The translations under genes were made by a program, and so were the position numbers. Below are positions 28,674 through 37,945 of a stretch of DNA of 47,202 bases, in pieces (position 1 is the first letter of the stretch; the number at the start of each line of letters is the position of its first letter). Under the pieces are notes generated by a model. That model ran no database searches and was not told where the DNA came from. It saw only the letters and a program-made list of their open reading frames with translations. Origin of the DNA: Bacteriovoracaceae bacterium (GTDB lineage Bacteria > Bdellovibrionota > Bacteriovoracia > Bacteriovoracales > Bacteriovoracaceae); NCBI GenBank assembly GCA_049599895.1, contig JBMYPC010000004.1, positions 1 through 47,202 of the forward strand, in the 5' to 3' direction.

Positions 28674-29696
28674 ATGCTTCAAATTTTCAGACAAAAACTG
28701 GGACACCTGATTGTCACACTTTTAGGTGTCTCATTACTTTCTTTCTTCCTTATTAGATTAGCCCCTGGTGACCCTGTCATGCTTTTACTCGGTGAGCGTG
28801 GCGCAGATCCCGCTGTCTATGCCCAAATGAAGGCTTCTCTCGGACTGGATAAGCCCCTTTTGGTTCAATACGGAAGCTTTCTCAGTAATGCTTTTCAAGG
28901 AGACCTTGGCAAATCCATTATCTCAGGCCAACCAGTAACTTCAGAGTTTTGGTCAAGATTTCCCGCAACTCTTGAACTTGGTATTTGCGTTATGGTTATT
29001 GCCCTTATTATTGGGATTCCACTTGGGGTTATCGCTGCTGCTAAAAGAAATTCATTCTGGGATTATTTTTTAATGGGAGGCTCACTTACTGGCTACTCTA
29101 TGCCTCTTTTTTGGTGGGCCCTTATCCTTATACTCATTTTCTCAGTAGGCCTTGGCTTGACTCCTGTTTCAGGAAGAATCAGTGTTCTCTTTGACATTGA
29201 TCCAGTAACAGGCTTTATGCTTATTGACTCTCTTTTACCTGAGATATTCGAAGAAGAAGGCTTTGCTCCTTTTTTAAGCTCTCTTCACCATCTCATCCTT
29301 CCGACTATTGCCATGGGAACGATTCCTCTTGCCATCATTGCAAGAATGACCCGATCAAGTTTATTGGAAGTTCTTGGAGAAGATTATATTCGAACAGCGA
29401 GGGCCAAAGGCCTTACACCCTCTGTAGTCCTTTTTCGACACGCCCTTAAGAATGCGCTAATTCCCATTATTACAGTAGCTGGCCTTCTCTTTGGTTCAAT
29501 CATTACGGGTGCCATACTCACAGAAACAATCTTTTCTTGGCCAGGTATTGGGAAATGGTTTGTGACAAGTGTGAATGCAAGGGATTATCCAGTCATTCAA
29601 GGCGGAGTCCTCTTTATTGTTCTCATCAACTCTTTAGTCGACATCATCTATATTTGGATTAACCCAAAAATGAAGTCACTATTAGTTAAAAGCTAA
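28674..29696 (+). CDS. dppB: Dipeptide ABC transporter permease
   Basis: PGDP, FPATLEL, DYIRTARAKG and RDYPVIQ. Confidence 0.92.
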   Translation: MLQIFRQKLGHLIVTLLGVSLLSFFLIRLAPGDPVMLLLGERGADPAVYAQMKASLGLDKPLLVQYGSFLSNAFQGDLGKSIISGQPVTSEFWSRFPATLELGICVMVIALIIGIPLGVIAAAKRNSFWDYFLMGGSLTGYSMPLFWWALILILIFSVGLGLTPVSGRISVLFDIDPVTGFMLIDSLLPEIFEEEGFAPFLSSLHHLILPTIAMGTIPLAIIARMTRSSLLEVLGEDYIRTARAKGLTPSVVLFRHALKNALIPIITVAGLLFGSIITGAILTETIFSWPGIGKWFVTSVNARDYPVIQGGVLFIVLINSLVDIIYIWINPKMKSLLVKS

Positions 29697-29707
29697 TTGA
29701 GGAAGTA

Positions 29708-30553
29708 TTGAAACATTTTTGGAAAAAATCTAATACAGCTGTCAGAATAAGTCTTATTATCGCTTTTATTTTTTTAGCGATTGCCATCTTTGCTCCTCTT
29801 ATCACTCCTCATTCTCCTAATGAGCTTTATAACGACGCTTTAAAGTTACCACCCATTTGGTCAGAAGGCGGAACTTCAACACATATTTTAGGAACTGACG
29901 ATGTAGGAAGAGACCAATTTAGCCGTCTTGCTTACGGAGCAAGAATTAGTTTTGTTATTGGCCTTGGAGTTGTTTTTATCGCAACCGTCCTAGGCTCATT
30001 CCTGGGGCTACTTTCTGGCTTTTATGGCGATAAAGTTGATTTTGTGATCATGCGCTTTACTGATATTCTCATGGCCCTTCCGAGTATCTTACTGGCGATT
30101 GTGATTGTATCCCTTTTAGGACCAGGTCTTATTAACACAATGTTTGCCGTGGCCATCGTCTCCCTTCCCACTTTTATAAGACTTGTAAGAGCGAGTGTTC
30201 TTGAACAAAAGGCGAGAGATTATGTTCAAGCGGCTCATGCTAATGGCGCCACTTCTTTTCGGATTATGCTTAAAGAGATTTTTCCTAATGCTATGGCGCC
30301 AATTATTGTTCAGGCTTCGCTAGGCTTCTCAGAGGCTGTTCTAAGTGCCGCAGCACTTGGCTTTCTTGGACTTGGAGTCCAGCCCCCTACTCCGGAATGG
30401 GGAACAATGCTTGCTGATGCCAGAGGTTATATCGAATCTGCACCATGGTTAGTAACCCTTCCTGGAGTCTGCATCCTTTTAATTGTCGTTACTTTTAATC
30501 TCATTGGAGATGGACTAAGAGACTTTCTTGACCCACGAATGAAAGGTCGGTAA
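29708..30553 (+). CDS. dppC: Dipeptide ABC transporter permease
   Basis: LGTDDVGRD, PPTPEWG and GDGLRDFLDP; TTG start after GAGG. Confidence 0.92.
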   Translation: MKHFWKKSNTAVRISLIIAFIFLAIAIFAPLITPHSPNELYNDALKLPPIWSEGGTSTHILGTDDVGRDQFSRLAYGARISFVIGLGVVFIATVLGSFLGLLSGFYGDKVDFVIMRFTDILMALPSILLAIVIVSLLGPGLINTMFAVAIVSLPTFIRLVRASVLEQKARDYVQAAHANGATSFRIMLKEIFPNAMAPIIVQASLGFSEAVLSAAALGFLGLGVQPPTPEWGTMLADARGYIESAPWLVTLPGVCILLIVVTFNLIGDGLRDFLDPRMKGR

Positions 30554-31453
30554 CTCCGACTGAAAAACATCCTCAAAGTTATTATGAACATCTTCAAGAA
30601 TCATATTGAGATTCTGAACGAATAGTCTTCCCATAGGATCAAACTCAAAATTTGAATAAGGAATGAAGAGATAATAACTTTTTCCCTCAAGTGGCCCAAC
30701 CTCAGAACAAAGGTTTTGCTTTAAAGGAGATGCATCAAGTGAAATTTTCATTCTTTCATCTTGAAGCTTAGTCGTTCGCTTAGAAAGTTTAAATACTTTA
30801 TTGATAAGCTTAGAATCAAAACTAAAATGGATTCGATCACTTTCTTGAAATTTATAATGATTAGGAAGTCCTTCATAACGAACAAGGACTCCGAAAAGAT
30901 TAAACTGCTTAATACTTCCCTTGGCCTCATGATAAGGAAATTCACGAAAAGAAAAATCAAACTCTACATCACTTGAGAGTCTAAACTTTCGAAGGGAATA
31001 CTTTCCTTCTATAATCTTTTTCATGACAAAATAAGAATAGGTTGTTTTGTCCTTCCACTGCATCGAAGTAAGACGAGTGAATGGTCCCTTTCTCGAGTTA
31101 TCAGAAAGAAGTATATTACGATCACTTTTAAACCAAGACTCTCTGACTCTAGCATCGAGATAAAATTGATAGAGATCAAACTCTGTAGCCTCTATGGTAT
31201 CAATCGTATTATTGAGCCAAACTTTATGTGATCTTAGACCTTCAATTTTATTGTTGATCCCTTCAAGTAGATTTTCTTTTGTAAAAATAGAAAGCGGTCC
31301 GTCTTGGACAAGACGACAAGTGAGATCCCAGTTTCTCCAATGAAAAGAGAGAAGATTAGGAATAATCTCCAGCTCTTTTTCAAGATCGATCTCGAGTAAA
31401 TACTGTTTAAAGCGTTCCTGAATTTCTTCGAAACTTGGTGCCTTCTTTTTCAT
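30515..31453 (-). CDS. Hypothetical protein with possible degenerate PilZ-like C-terminal part
   Basis: Long ORF with a likely start at MKKKAP (31453); LRKFRL...KGSIKQFNLFGVLVRY resembles the PilZ RxxxR...DxSxxG layout. Confidence 0.6.
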   Translation of the reverse strand: MKKKAPSFEEIQERFKQYLLEIDLEKELEIIPNLLSFHWRNWDLTCRLVQDGPLSIFTKENLLEGINNKIEGLRSHKVWLNNTIDTIEATEFDLYQFYLDARVRESWFKSDRNILLSDNSRKGPFTRLTSMQWKDKTTYSYFVMKKIIEGKYSLRKFRLSSDVEFDFSFREFPYHEAKGSIKQFNLFGVLVRYEGLPNHYKFQESDRIHFSFDSKLINKVFKLSKRTTKLQDERMKISLDASPLKQNLCSEVGPLEGKSYYLFIPYSNFEFDPMGRLFVQNLNMILEDVHNNFEDVFQSELPTFHSWVKKVS

Positions 31454-31461
31454 TAACCAAC

Positions 31462-31593
31462 TCATCGGAAGTACATTCAAAAAAATAAGAAAATCTAGTA
31501 AAAAAGAATATTTAGCATTATGTGAGGAAAGAAATTCCAATTAATGATATCCTTACTCGAGTGATTTAATTTTTTTCCTTGCAATTTCGATAG
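31462..31593. promoter_or_regulatory. Back-to-back putative sigma28-type promoters
   Basis: Minus strand TTAT-N15-TCCGATGA (31488-31462); plus strand TAAT-N15-TTCGATAG (31567-31593). Confidence 0.4.
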
Positions 31594-31618
31594 GTTGCTT
31601 GAGAGAGAAGAGACAAAT

Positions 31619-32617
31619 ATGACAGCTTTTAAAGCTTTATTTCAAAACAACCTAAGTTATAAGTTAGTGCCATTGCCACTAAGAGAAATCTTTTACATCG
31701 AAACCGTTCCCTGCGATGTCTATGGCATCTCAGATGGACTTTTTGAACTTCTTATTGAAAAGAATACTGAAGTCGAAAAAGAGCTTCTCGTTAACCTCGT
31801 AGGTGGTGGACATAAATCAATCTTTGTTCATCAGGATGAGGCGGAACTCTTTGTTAAGCTTCAGCAAGATAATTTAAGAAACATTTCAAGGTCTCTTTCC
31901 ATCGGTAACCCCATCGAAAAGAGCCGACAGTTCTTGGGACTTCTCTCTGTGAACCTTGCCTATCTTTACAAAGATCCTACCAATAAAGAATTACTCGAAC
32001 TTCAACACCAATGTGTTCTTAATTTTTCAAAGTTTCTCTCTGAAAATATCAAACTTCAAGGCCAGATCTTTGAAGAATATCTCAAACAAAAGCATCACTA
32101 TATTTATGCTCAACCACTTCTCTCTTCTTTATTTTTGTTTGGAATCTTAAAACAAACAAAACTTTACAGCGACAAAGAAATCGAAGCTTTATTCGTTACA
32201 AGTTATTTTAAAGACATAGGGATGTCGGCAATCCCTGAAGAAAAATATGAGCAAGACAAACTCTCTGAGGCTGACAAAGAGATCTTCAAGGATCATCCCC
32301 TACACTCAGTAGAGCTTCTCTCTGGAAAGCTTGGTTTTTCTAAGGACAAACTCAAAATTATTGAAAACCATCATGTCTTCTCTCTTCTTGCCAATGATGG
32401 AAATCTTGATGATAAAGAAACTGATCTTATGATGTATGGAATTGAAACCATGCTTGTAACAATAACTGACATCATTGCAGCGATGATTACAGAAAGACCC
32501 TACCGTCCTGCTACAAATCTTTTTGATGCCCTTCACTTAGTCAGACAGTTGATCTCAGATCAGTACTCTCAAGAATTTAAATTACTTGTTACTTATTTTA
32601 AGAATTTTTTTGGCTAA
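31619..32617 (+). CDS. Degenerate HD-GYP-like protein
   Basis: FKDIG in place of LHDIG; HP and HH present, no GYP loop; TDIIAAMITERPYR. ATG at 31619. Confidence 0.8.
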   Translation: MTAFKALFQNNLSYKLVPLPLREIFYIETVPCDVYGISDGLFELLIEKNTEVEKELLVNLVGGGHKSIFVHQDEAELFVKLQQDNLRNISRSLSIGNPIEKSRQFLGLLSVNLAYLYKDPTNKELLELQHQCVLNFSKFLSENIKLQGQIFEEYLKQKHHYIYAQPLLSSLFLFGILKQTKLYSDKEIEALFVTSYFKDIGMSAIPEEKYEQDKLSEADKEIFKDHPLHSVELLSGKLGFSKDKLKIIENHHVFSLLANDGNLDDKETDLMMYGIETMLVTITDIIAAMITERPYRPATNLFDALHLVRQLISDQYSQEFKLLVTYFKNFFG

Positions 32618-32718
32618 ACCTAAGCCCTATGATTCTTTACATTTCGTATCCACTCCTTCAGAATTAAATTTGCAAGGATGCTTACATTCTTGAGCGTAAA
32701 GTTCTAAGGAGGGAATTT

Positions 32719-32937
32719 ATGGCGCAACAAGAAGTTAGTCCACTGACTGGTATACTCGAAGAAGAGCGGGTGTTCATTGATTTCGGTGAGCATGAGGGAA
32801 AGTCGATTCTTGAAGTTGCTGATACAATTCCAGATTACTACGACTATCTAATCGATCAAAAGGGTCAGGGGAATTGCGCGATTCGTAGAGCAAAAGACAA
32901 GTTCTTTCGTCTATATGTTACGAATACGCTCAACTAA
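32719..32937 (+). CDS. Small conserved-looking hypothetical protein (FGxHxG motif, DUF3820-like)
   Basis: Strong SD AAGGAGG; IDFGEHEGKSILEV...PDYYDYL; own promoter TTTACA-N17-CAGAAT (32636-32664) and terminator. Confidence 0.7.
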   Translation: MAQQEVSPLTGILEEERVFIDFGEHEGKSILEVADTIPDYYDYLIDQKGQGNCAIRRAKDKFFRLYVTNTLN

Positions 32938-32966
32938 AAAGGGGATGCTTTTGCATCCCTTTTTTT
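32936..32966. terminator. Bidirectional Rho-independent terminator
   Basis: aaaaa-ggggatgc-tttt-gcatccct-tttttt between convergent genes. Confidence 0.9.
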
Positions 32967-32977
32967 ATTCCGTTGTT

Positions 32978-34777
32978 TCAATTCGCCCAGCTAATCGACT
33001 CTCCTCTAGGATCTGAAAGCGCTTGAAGTTTCTCTCCATTTCGCTTAACAAACTGGACCCGACATTTAAGATCTTCAAACTTCATATCGTGTTTCATAAT
33101 TACGAGTCTTTCTTTGACTCTTTTAGGTAGTTTCATACTTTCAAAGACAATCTCATCAGGCATCCATTGATGGTGATAGCGTTTCACAAGAAGGCTGTCT
33201 TTAACAGGTAACTTATATTCCATGAGATTGAGAATAGTTTGTCCTAAACAAGAAGGGATCTGGTTACCACCTGTTGCCCCAATACTAAGAACAGGCATGT
33301 CTTTTTGATCCGTTATAATGGTTGGGGCCATATTTGAAATCGGGGCCTTCCCGGGCTCAGCAAGATTATTCTTTCCCATATCTGGTCCCACAATAAAGAT
33401 TTTCTTGGGATGATAGTTAAATGATTTAAGAGCACTATTCATAACGATTCCAGTTGAGCCAGCGACAACTCCTGAACCAAAAACTCCGTTGAGACCTAGA
33501 GTCATCACAACAGTGTTCCCATCACTGTCCATCAAAGAAATTTGTGCTGTCTCTGCTGATTCGTAAGGGGCCTTGAAGCGCGTATTCATAAAATCAAAGC
33601 TTGCTTCACTGTAGTTGAGATGCATATGCTCAGGGATCGCTTTATAAAGATCCTCAATATAGTCTTCTGAGATCATCTTATTTAAACGAAGGGTCGTATA
33701 ATCAGGGTCTCCTAAATATTTCGCCCTATCAACAGCTGCAAATTGAAGTGCTGAGACGGTTTTATGAATCGCTTTAGGATGCATCGGAGCAAGATTTCTT
33801 AACTCAGACTTCTCAAGCACTTTCAAAGCTTGAATGAGTGAAATCCCACCTGAGCTCGGTGGTCCCATGGTATAAAAATTATGTCCGTTAAACTGCGTCT
33901 TTAAGACTTCAGGTCGTTTAACTTTGTAACTTTTGAAATCAGCAAGACTCAATTTTCCCTTAAGAGCATTCACAAACTCTTGAGAGATCTTCCCTTCATA
34001 AAATGACTTATCTCCACTTTGAGAAACCTCATTTAAAGTTTTGGCCAAATCCTTTTGAACAAGAATCTCGCCAGGAAGATAGACAGAGCCATTTTCTTTG
34101 AAATAAATAGACTTTGCTCTAGAATCTTTCGAGAGCTTTTCCTTATTATCCTCAATGGCTTTTGAAAGCTCAGAAGAGACAGTTATCCCCTTTTCAGCAA
34201 GTTTAATTGCAGGAGCTAAAAGTTGTGCAAGGGGAAGTTTTCCAAACTCACGATGAAATTTAATTAAGCCCTTCACCATCCCAGGTGTTGCGATAGCATC
34301 TTCATAAGGAAGTTCAATTTGAGAATCAAAGGGTCGTTGTTTTTCAAGAAGATCTTTATTGATTTTTTTTGGAACCTTGGCGAGTAATTTTTTAGAATTC
34401 AACTCTAGGCTTGCACGTTCTCTGAAATCTAACGATATCGGAATATCTAAGTTCGCTGGCTTATAGAGAAGGAATCCTCCTCCCCCAAGCCCAAGGTCAT
34501 GGGGTCGTTCAACTGAGAGCGCAAAGGCCAAAGCAACAGAGACATCAACAAGATTTCCCCCTTTTTCTTGAATCTCTTTTGCGACGAGAGCTGATCCCTT
34601 TCCACTGGTGGAGATTGCGATTTTCATTCCCTCTGCGTAGTTTTCCTTTGGCAGCTGCTCTTTGTAGAAGATCGGCCTATAAGCTTTTGGCCACTGAACA
34701 AACTTGTCACTTGCTTGCTTTGTATTTGAGCATCCCATCATTAAACTTAGTGCCGCAGCAAAAATGACTCCACGCAT
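32978..34777 (-). CDS. ggt: Gamma-glutamyltranspeptidase-family Ntn hydrolase lipoprotein (divergent)
   Basis: Lipobox MMGC; GGN, GLGGGGF, DFRE, PG, PPSSGG, LGDP, ET cleavage site and SDPR. Confidence 0.85.
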   Translation of the reverse strand: MRGVIFAAALSLMMGCSNTKQASDKFVQWPKAYRPIFYKEQLPKENYAEGMKIAISTSGKGSALVAKEIQEKGGNLVDVSVALAFALSVERPHDLGLGGGGFLLYKPANLDIPISLDFRERASLELNSKKLLAKVPKKINKDLLEKQRPFDSQIELPYEDAIATPGMVKGLIKFHREFGKLPLAQLLAPAIKLAEKGITVSSELSKAIEDNKEKLSKDSRAKSIYFKENGSVYLPGEILVQKDLAKTLNEVSQSGDKSFYEGKISQEFVNALKGKLSLADFKSYKVKRPEVLKTQFNGHNFYTMGPPSSGGISLIQALKVLEKSELRNLAPMHPKAIHKTVSALQFAAVDRAKYLGDPDYTTLRLNKMISEDYIEDLYKAIPEHMHLNYSEASFDFMNTRFKAPYESAETAQISLMDSDGNTVVMTLGLNGVFGSGVVAGSTGIVMNSALKSFNYHPKKIFIVGPDMGKNNLAEPGKAPISNMAPTIITDQKDMPVLSIGATGGNQIPSCLGQTILNLMEYKLPVKDSLLVKRYHHQWMPDEIVFESMKLPKRVKERLVIMKHDMKFEDLKCRVQFVKRNGEKLQALSDPRGESISWAN

Positions 34778-34945
34778 CTGTAATTCCTCACAAAATTTTA
34801 ATCAACTTAATTTTTCACTTAAGGTATATTGACATCATTTAGAACAATTCGGGTAGTCTATGGAGCATAAATCCTTTGAGAAAAGGGCTTAACTTCAAGA
34901 TTAGCTAATCTTAAAACTTATCGCGAGTTTTATGCAGGAGAATTT

Positions 34946-35950
34946 ATGAAACACCTATTAATTTGGACATTGAGTCTGTTGGCCACATTTTCAATTGCTG
35001 AGGCAAAAGTCAAAATCAATGGAGCCGGTGCAAGCTTTCCCTTTCCTATTTATTCAAAATGGTTCTCTGAATATGAGAAGGTCAATACAGAGGTTCAGTT
35101 TAATTATCAGGCCATCGGAAGTGGTGGTGGTATTCGCCAACTCATTAAGCAGACAGTTGACTTTGGTGCCTCTGATGCTCCAATGAAGGTCAAAGATAAG
35201 AAAAAAGCGGCTTGGCCAGTGAAGCACGTTCCAACGGTTTTAGGCGCCGTTTCTGTTGCCTATAATCTCCCTTCTGTTAAAAAGGCAATCAAACTTGATG
35301 GTCAAACCCTAGCAGGTATCTTCTTGACAGAGATCACAAAGTGGAATGACAAAAAAATTATGGCACTCAATCCAGGGATCACTCTTCCAAACACAGACAT
35401 TCTTGTCGTCAGACGTGCTGATGGTTCAGGAACAACTGCAATTTTTTCTGACTACCTCTCTAAAGTTTCAAATGATTGGAAAGAAAAGATCGGCACTGGG
35501 AAAACTTTAAGATGGCCCGGAACAACTATTGGAGCAAAAGGAAATGATGGTGTTACTGGTGTCCTTAAAAAAACTAAAGGATCAATTGGTTATGTTGAGC
35601 TTGCTTATGCCCTAAAAAACCAACTCCCTGTTGTCAGTTTAAAGAATAAATCTGGAAAATATGTTGCTCCTTCAATTGAAGGAATTTCCGCTTCAGCCGC
35701 TTCTTTAAAATCAGACATCAAAGAACTCGCAATTTCAATTACAGATGCCGATGGAGACAAAGTCTATCCGATTAGCGCCTTCACCTACATCCTTCTTCCG
35801 GTAAAAAGTAAGGCTGACGCCAAGCTTATGGAAGTGAAGAAGTTTCTCGACTGGGCGCTTGGAGATGGTCAAAAATACGCAGAAACTCTCCATTATGCAC
35901 CTCTACCGAAGAACCTTGCAAAGCGTTTAAGATCAAGCCTTACAAAGTAA
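34946..35950 (+). CDS. pstS: Phosphate ABC transporter substrate-binding protein
   Basis: GAGASFP, GSGGG, DFGASD and RADGSGTT. Confidence 0.97.
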   Translation: MKHLLIWTLSLLATFSIAEAKVKINGAGASFPFPIYSKWFSEYEKVNTEVQFNYQAIGSGGGIRQLIKQTVDFGASDAPMKVKDKKKAAWPVKHVPTVLGAVSVAYNLPSVKKAIKLDGQTLAGIFLTEITKWNDKKIMALNPGITLPNTDILVVRRADGSGTTAIFSDYLSKVSNDWKEKIGTGKTLRWPGTTIGAKGNDGVTGVLKKTKGSIGYVELAYALKNQLPVVSLKNKSGKYVAPSIEGISASAASLKSDIKELAISITDADGDKVYPISAFTYILLPVKSKADAKLMEVKKFLDWALGDGQKYAETLHYAPLPKNLAKRLRSSLTK

Positions 35951-36002
35951 GTTCCTGATCTTACATAGCTAACAAATTCCTAACCTATATTTTTTACGAT
36001 TT

Positions 36003-36026
36003 GGCCCTCCTTTTGAGGGCCTTTTT
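36003..36026 (+). terminator. Intra-operon hairpin/terminator between pstS and pstC
   Basis: ggccctc-ctttt-gagggcc-ttttt. Confidence 0.75.
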
Positions 36027-36058
36027 GTTATGTTAAGAGCACAGACTAAAACCATAAT

Positions 36059-37069
36059 TTGGAAAAGACTTTGGATAATACAAATACATCCATCAATAGC
36101 GCTCTTAATAATATTCTTAAAAAAGAATCCCCCAATCCCGTTCCTCCGCCGGTAAAAACCACAGACTATCAAAGACAAGATCGAATTGTTCGCAATTCCT
36201 TAAAAGCTCTTGGAGTTGGGATCATATTAGTGCTGATAACATTACTGGTTCTTCTCTTTTCGAAATCGATCCCCGTTATAATGGAAGTAGGTTCAAGCTT
36301 TATCACTTCAAGCTGGTGGAACCCAATTGATGATGAATTTGGGGCCCTCTCATTTGCTTACGGCACACTTCTGACTTCATTTGTGGCTTTGTTATTAGCA
36401 GCACCTGTGAGTATTGGAGTTGCCGTCTTTATCACTGAGGTTCTTCCTGAGAAGCTCTCAAAGGTTCTTGGACTCTTTGTCGAAATGATCGCTGCTGTTC
36501 CGAGTATCGTTTTTGGTCTCTGGGGTATTTTCTCACTTGCTCCTTGGATTAAAGAAGACCTCACTCCTATTTTGAAATCAAGCCTTGGCTTTCTTCCTTT
36601 CTTCCAGGGGCCAAGTTTTGGTCTTGGGCAACTCACAGCGAGTTTAATTCTTGCGATCATGATTGTGCCAACCATTACTTCAATTTGTAGAGAGGTCTTT
36701 AAAACAGTCCCTCAATACCAAAAGGAAGCGGCTCTCGCACTAGGGGCCACAAGATTTGAAATGATTAAGCTTTCAATCCTTAAACCATCATTTTCAGGAA
36801 TGATGGGTGGAATTGTTCTTGGTCTTGGCCGCGCCCTAGGTGAAACCATGGCCGTGGCGATGGTTATTGGAAATTCAGCGAGTATCAATCTTTCATTATT
36901 TGCTCCTGGAGCAACCATGGCCTCAGTTATTGCCAATGAATATGCTGAAGCTGAATCAGATCTTCATCTATCAGCACTTTGTATGGTTGCTGTTCTTCTT
37001 TTTGCCGTCACATTAGGGGTTAATATCTTTGCCCGCTATATTGTGTGGAAATCAAAAAAGGTGAAATAA
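36059..37069 (+). CDS. pstC: Phosphate ABC transporter permease PstC
   Basis: AAVPSIVFGLWG, EAALALGAT and GRALGETMAV; start uncertain. Confidence 0.95.
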   Translation: MEKTLDNTNTSINSALNNILKKESPNPVPPPVKTTDYQRQDRIVRNSLKALGVGIILVLITLLVLLFSKSIPVIMEVGSSFITSSWWNPIDDEFGALSFAYGTLLTSFVALLLAAPVSIGVAVFITEVLPEKLSKVLGLFVEMIAAVPSIVFGLWGIFSLAPWIKEDLTPILKSSLGFLPFFQGPSFGLGQLTASLILAIMIVPTITSICREVFKTVPQYQKEAALALGATRFEMIKLSILKPSFSGMMGGIVLGLGRALGETMAVAMVIGNSASINLSLFAPGATMASVIANEYAEAESDLHLSALCMVAVLLFAVTLGVNIFARYIVWKSKKVK

Positions 37070-37078
37070 GAGAAGCTT

Positions 37079-37945
37079 ATGAAAATGAGAAAATTTAAAA
37101 ACTTTCTGTTTCACTTCTTTCTCTTTTCATCAGCTGTCATTGTTCTGTTCCCTCTTTTTTTAGTCGTTCAATACCTTTTCGCTCAAGGAGCAGGATCCCT
37201 CGATCTCGATTTCTTCACCCAAGTCTCAAAGCCTGTAGGTGAAGAAGGTGGTGGGATGTTCCATGCTATTGTCGGAACTACTGTTCTTGTTGGAATCGGG
37301 GCCCTCATTGCAGTCCCCCTTGGTCTTCTTGCCGGAATCTTTTTATCTGAATTTGAAGATGGAAAAGTTGCCAATACTCTAAGACTAACAATTGATCTTC
37401 TCACTGGAGTCCCTTCAATTGTTATCGGGATTTTCGCCTATATCCTTATTGTTGTTCCCTTTAAAAACTTCTCAGCTCTCGCTGGAGGAGTCGCCTTAAG
37501 CCTTATTATTCTTCCCATTGTTACGAGATCAACGGAAGAGATTTTAAAGCTAATCCCTATTCATATTCGTGAGGCAGGTTTGGCCCTTGGACTTCCCAAG
37601 TGGAAAGTAACTTTCTTTATTATCGTCAAAACCAACCTTGGTTCTCTTTTGACAGGAATAATGCTCGCCATTTCAAGAGCAGCTGGCGAAACAGCTCCAC
37701 TACTCTTTACAGCCTTTGGAAGCCGATTTTTATCCCTCAATCTCACCGAGCCCATGGCGTCTCTTCCTGTACAGATCTACAACTATGCCATCTCTCCTTT
37801 TGAGGACTGGCAAAGACAAGCTTGGGCAGGAGCTTTTGTTCTCATTGCAATTGTTCTAGGACTTAATCTTAGCGCTAGAGCAATTGTGAACTATAAAGAA
37901 GTCACTCAGTTTTTTGACTCTCTATTTAAGCGGAAACGATCATGA
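37079..37945 (+). CDS. pstA: Phosphate ABC transporter permease PstA
   Basis: [16 protein letters not shown] and [12 protein letters not shown]. Confidence 0.95.
   Translation: MKMRKFKNFLFHFFLFSSAVIVLFPLFLVVQYLFAQGAGSLDLDFFTQVSKPVGEEGGGMFHAIVGTTVLVGIGALIAVPLGLLAGIFLSEFEDGKVANTLRLTIDLLTGVPSIVIGIFAYILIVVPFKNFSALAGGVALSLIILPIVTRSTEEILKLIPIHIREAGLALGLPKWKVTFFIIVKTNLGSLLTGIMLAISRAAGETAPLLFTAFGSRFLSLNLTEPMASLPVQIYNYAISPFEDWQRQAWAGAFVLIAIVLGLNLSARAIVNYKEVTQFFDSLFKRKRS

Noticed and set aside
34795..34925. Possible PHO box (repeated TTAA-like units) upstream of pstS
   Set aside because: Spacing is irregular (9-12 bp), the match to known PhoB/PhoP consensus is poor, and the region is AT-rich; cannot be supported.
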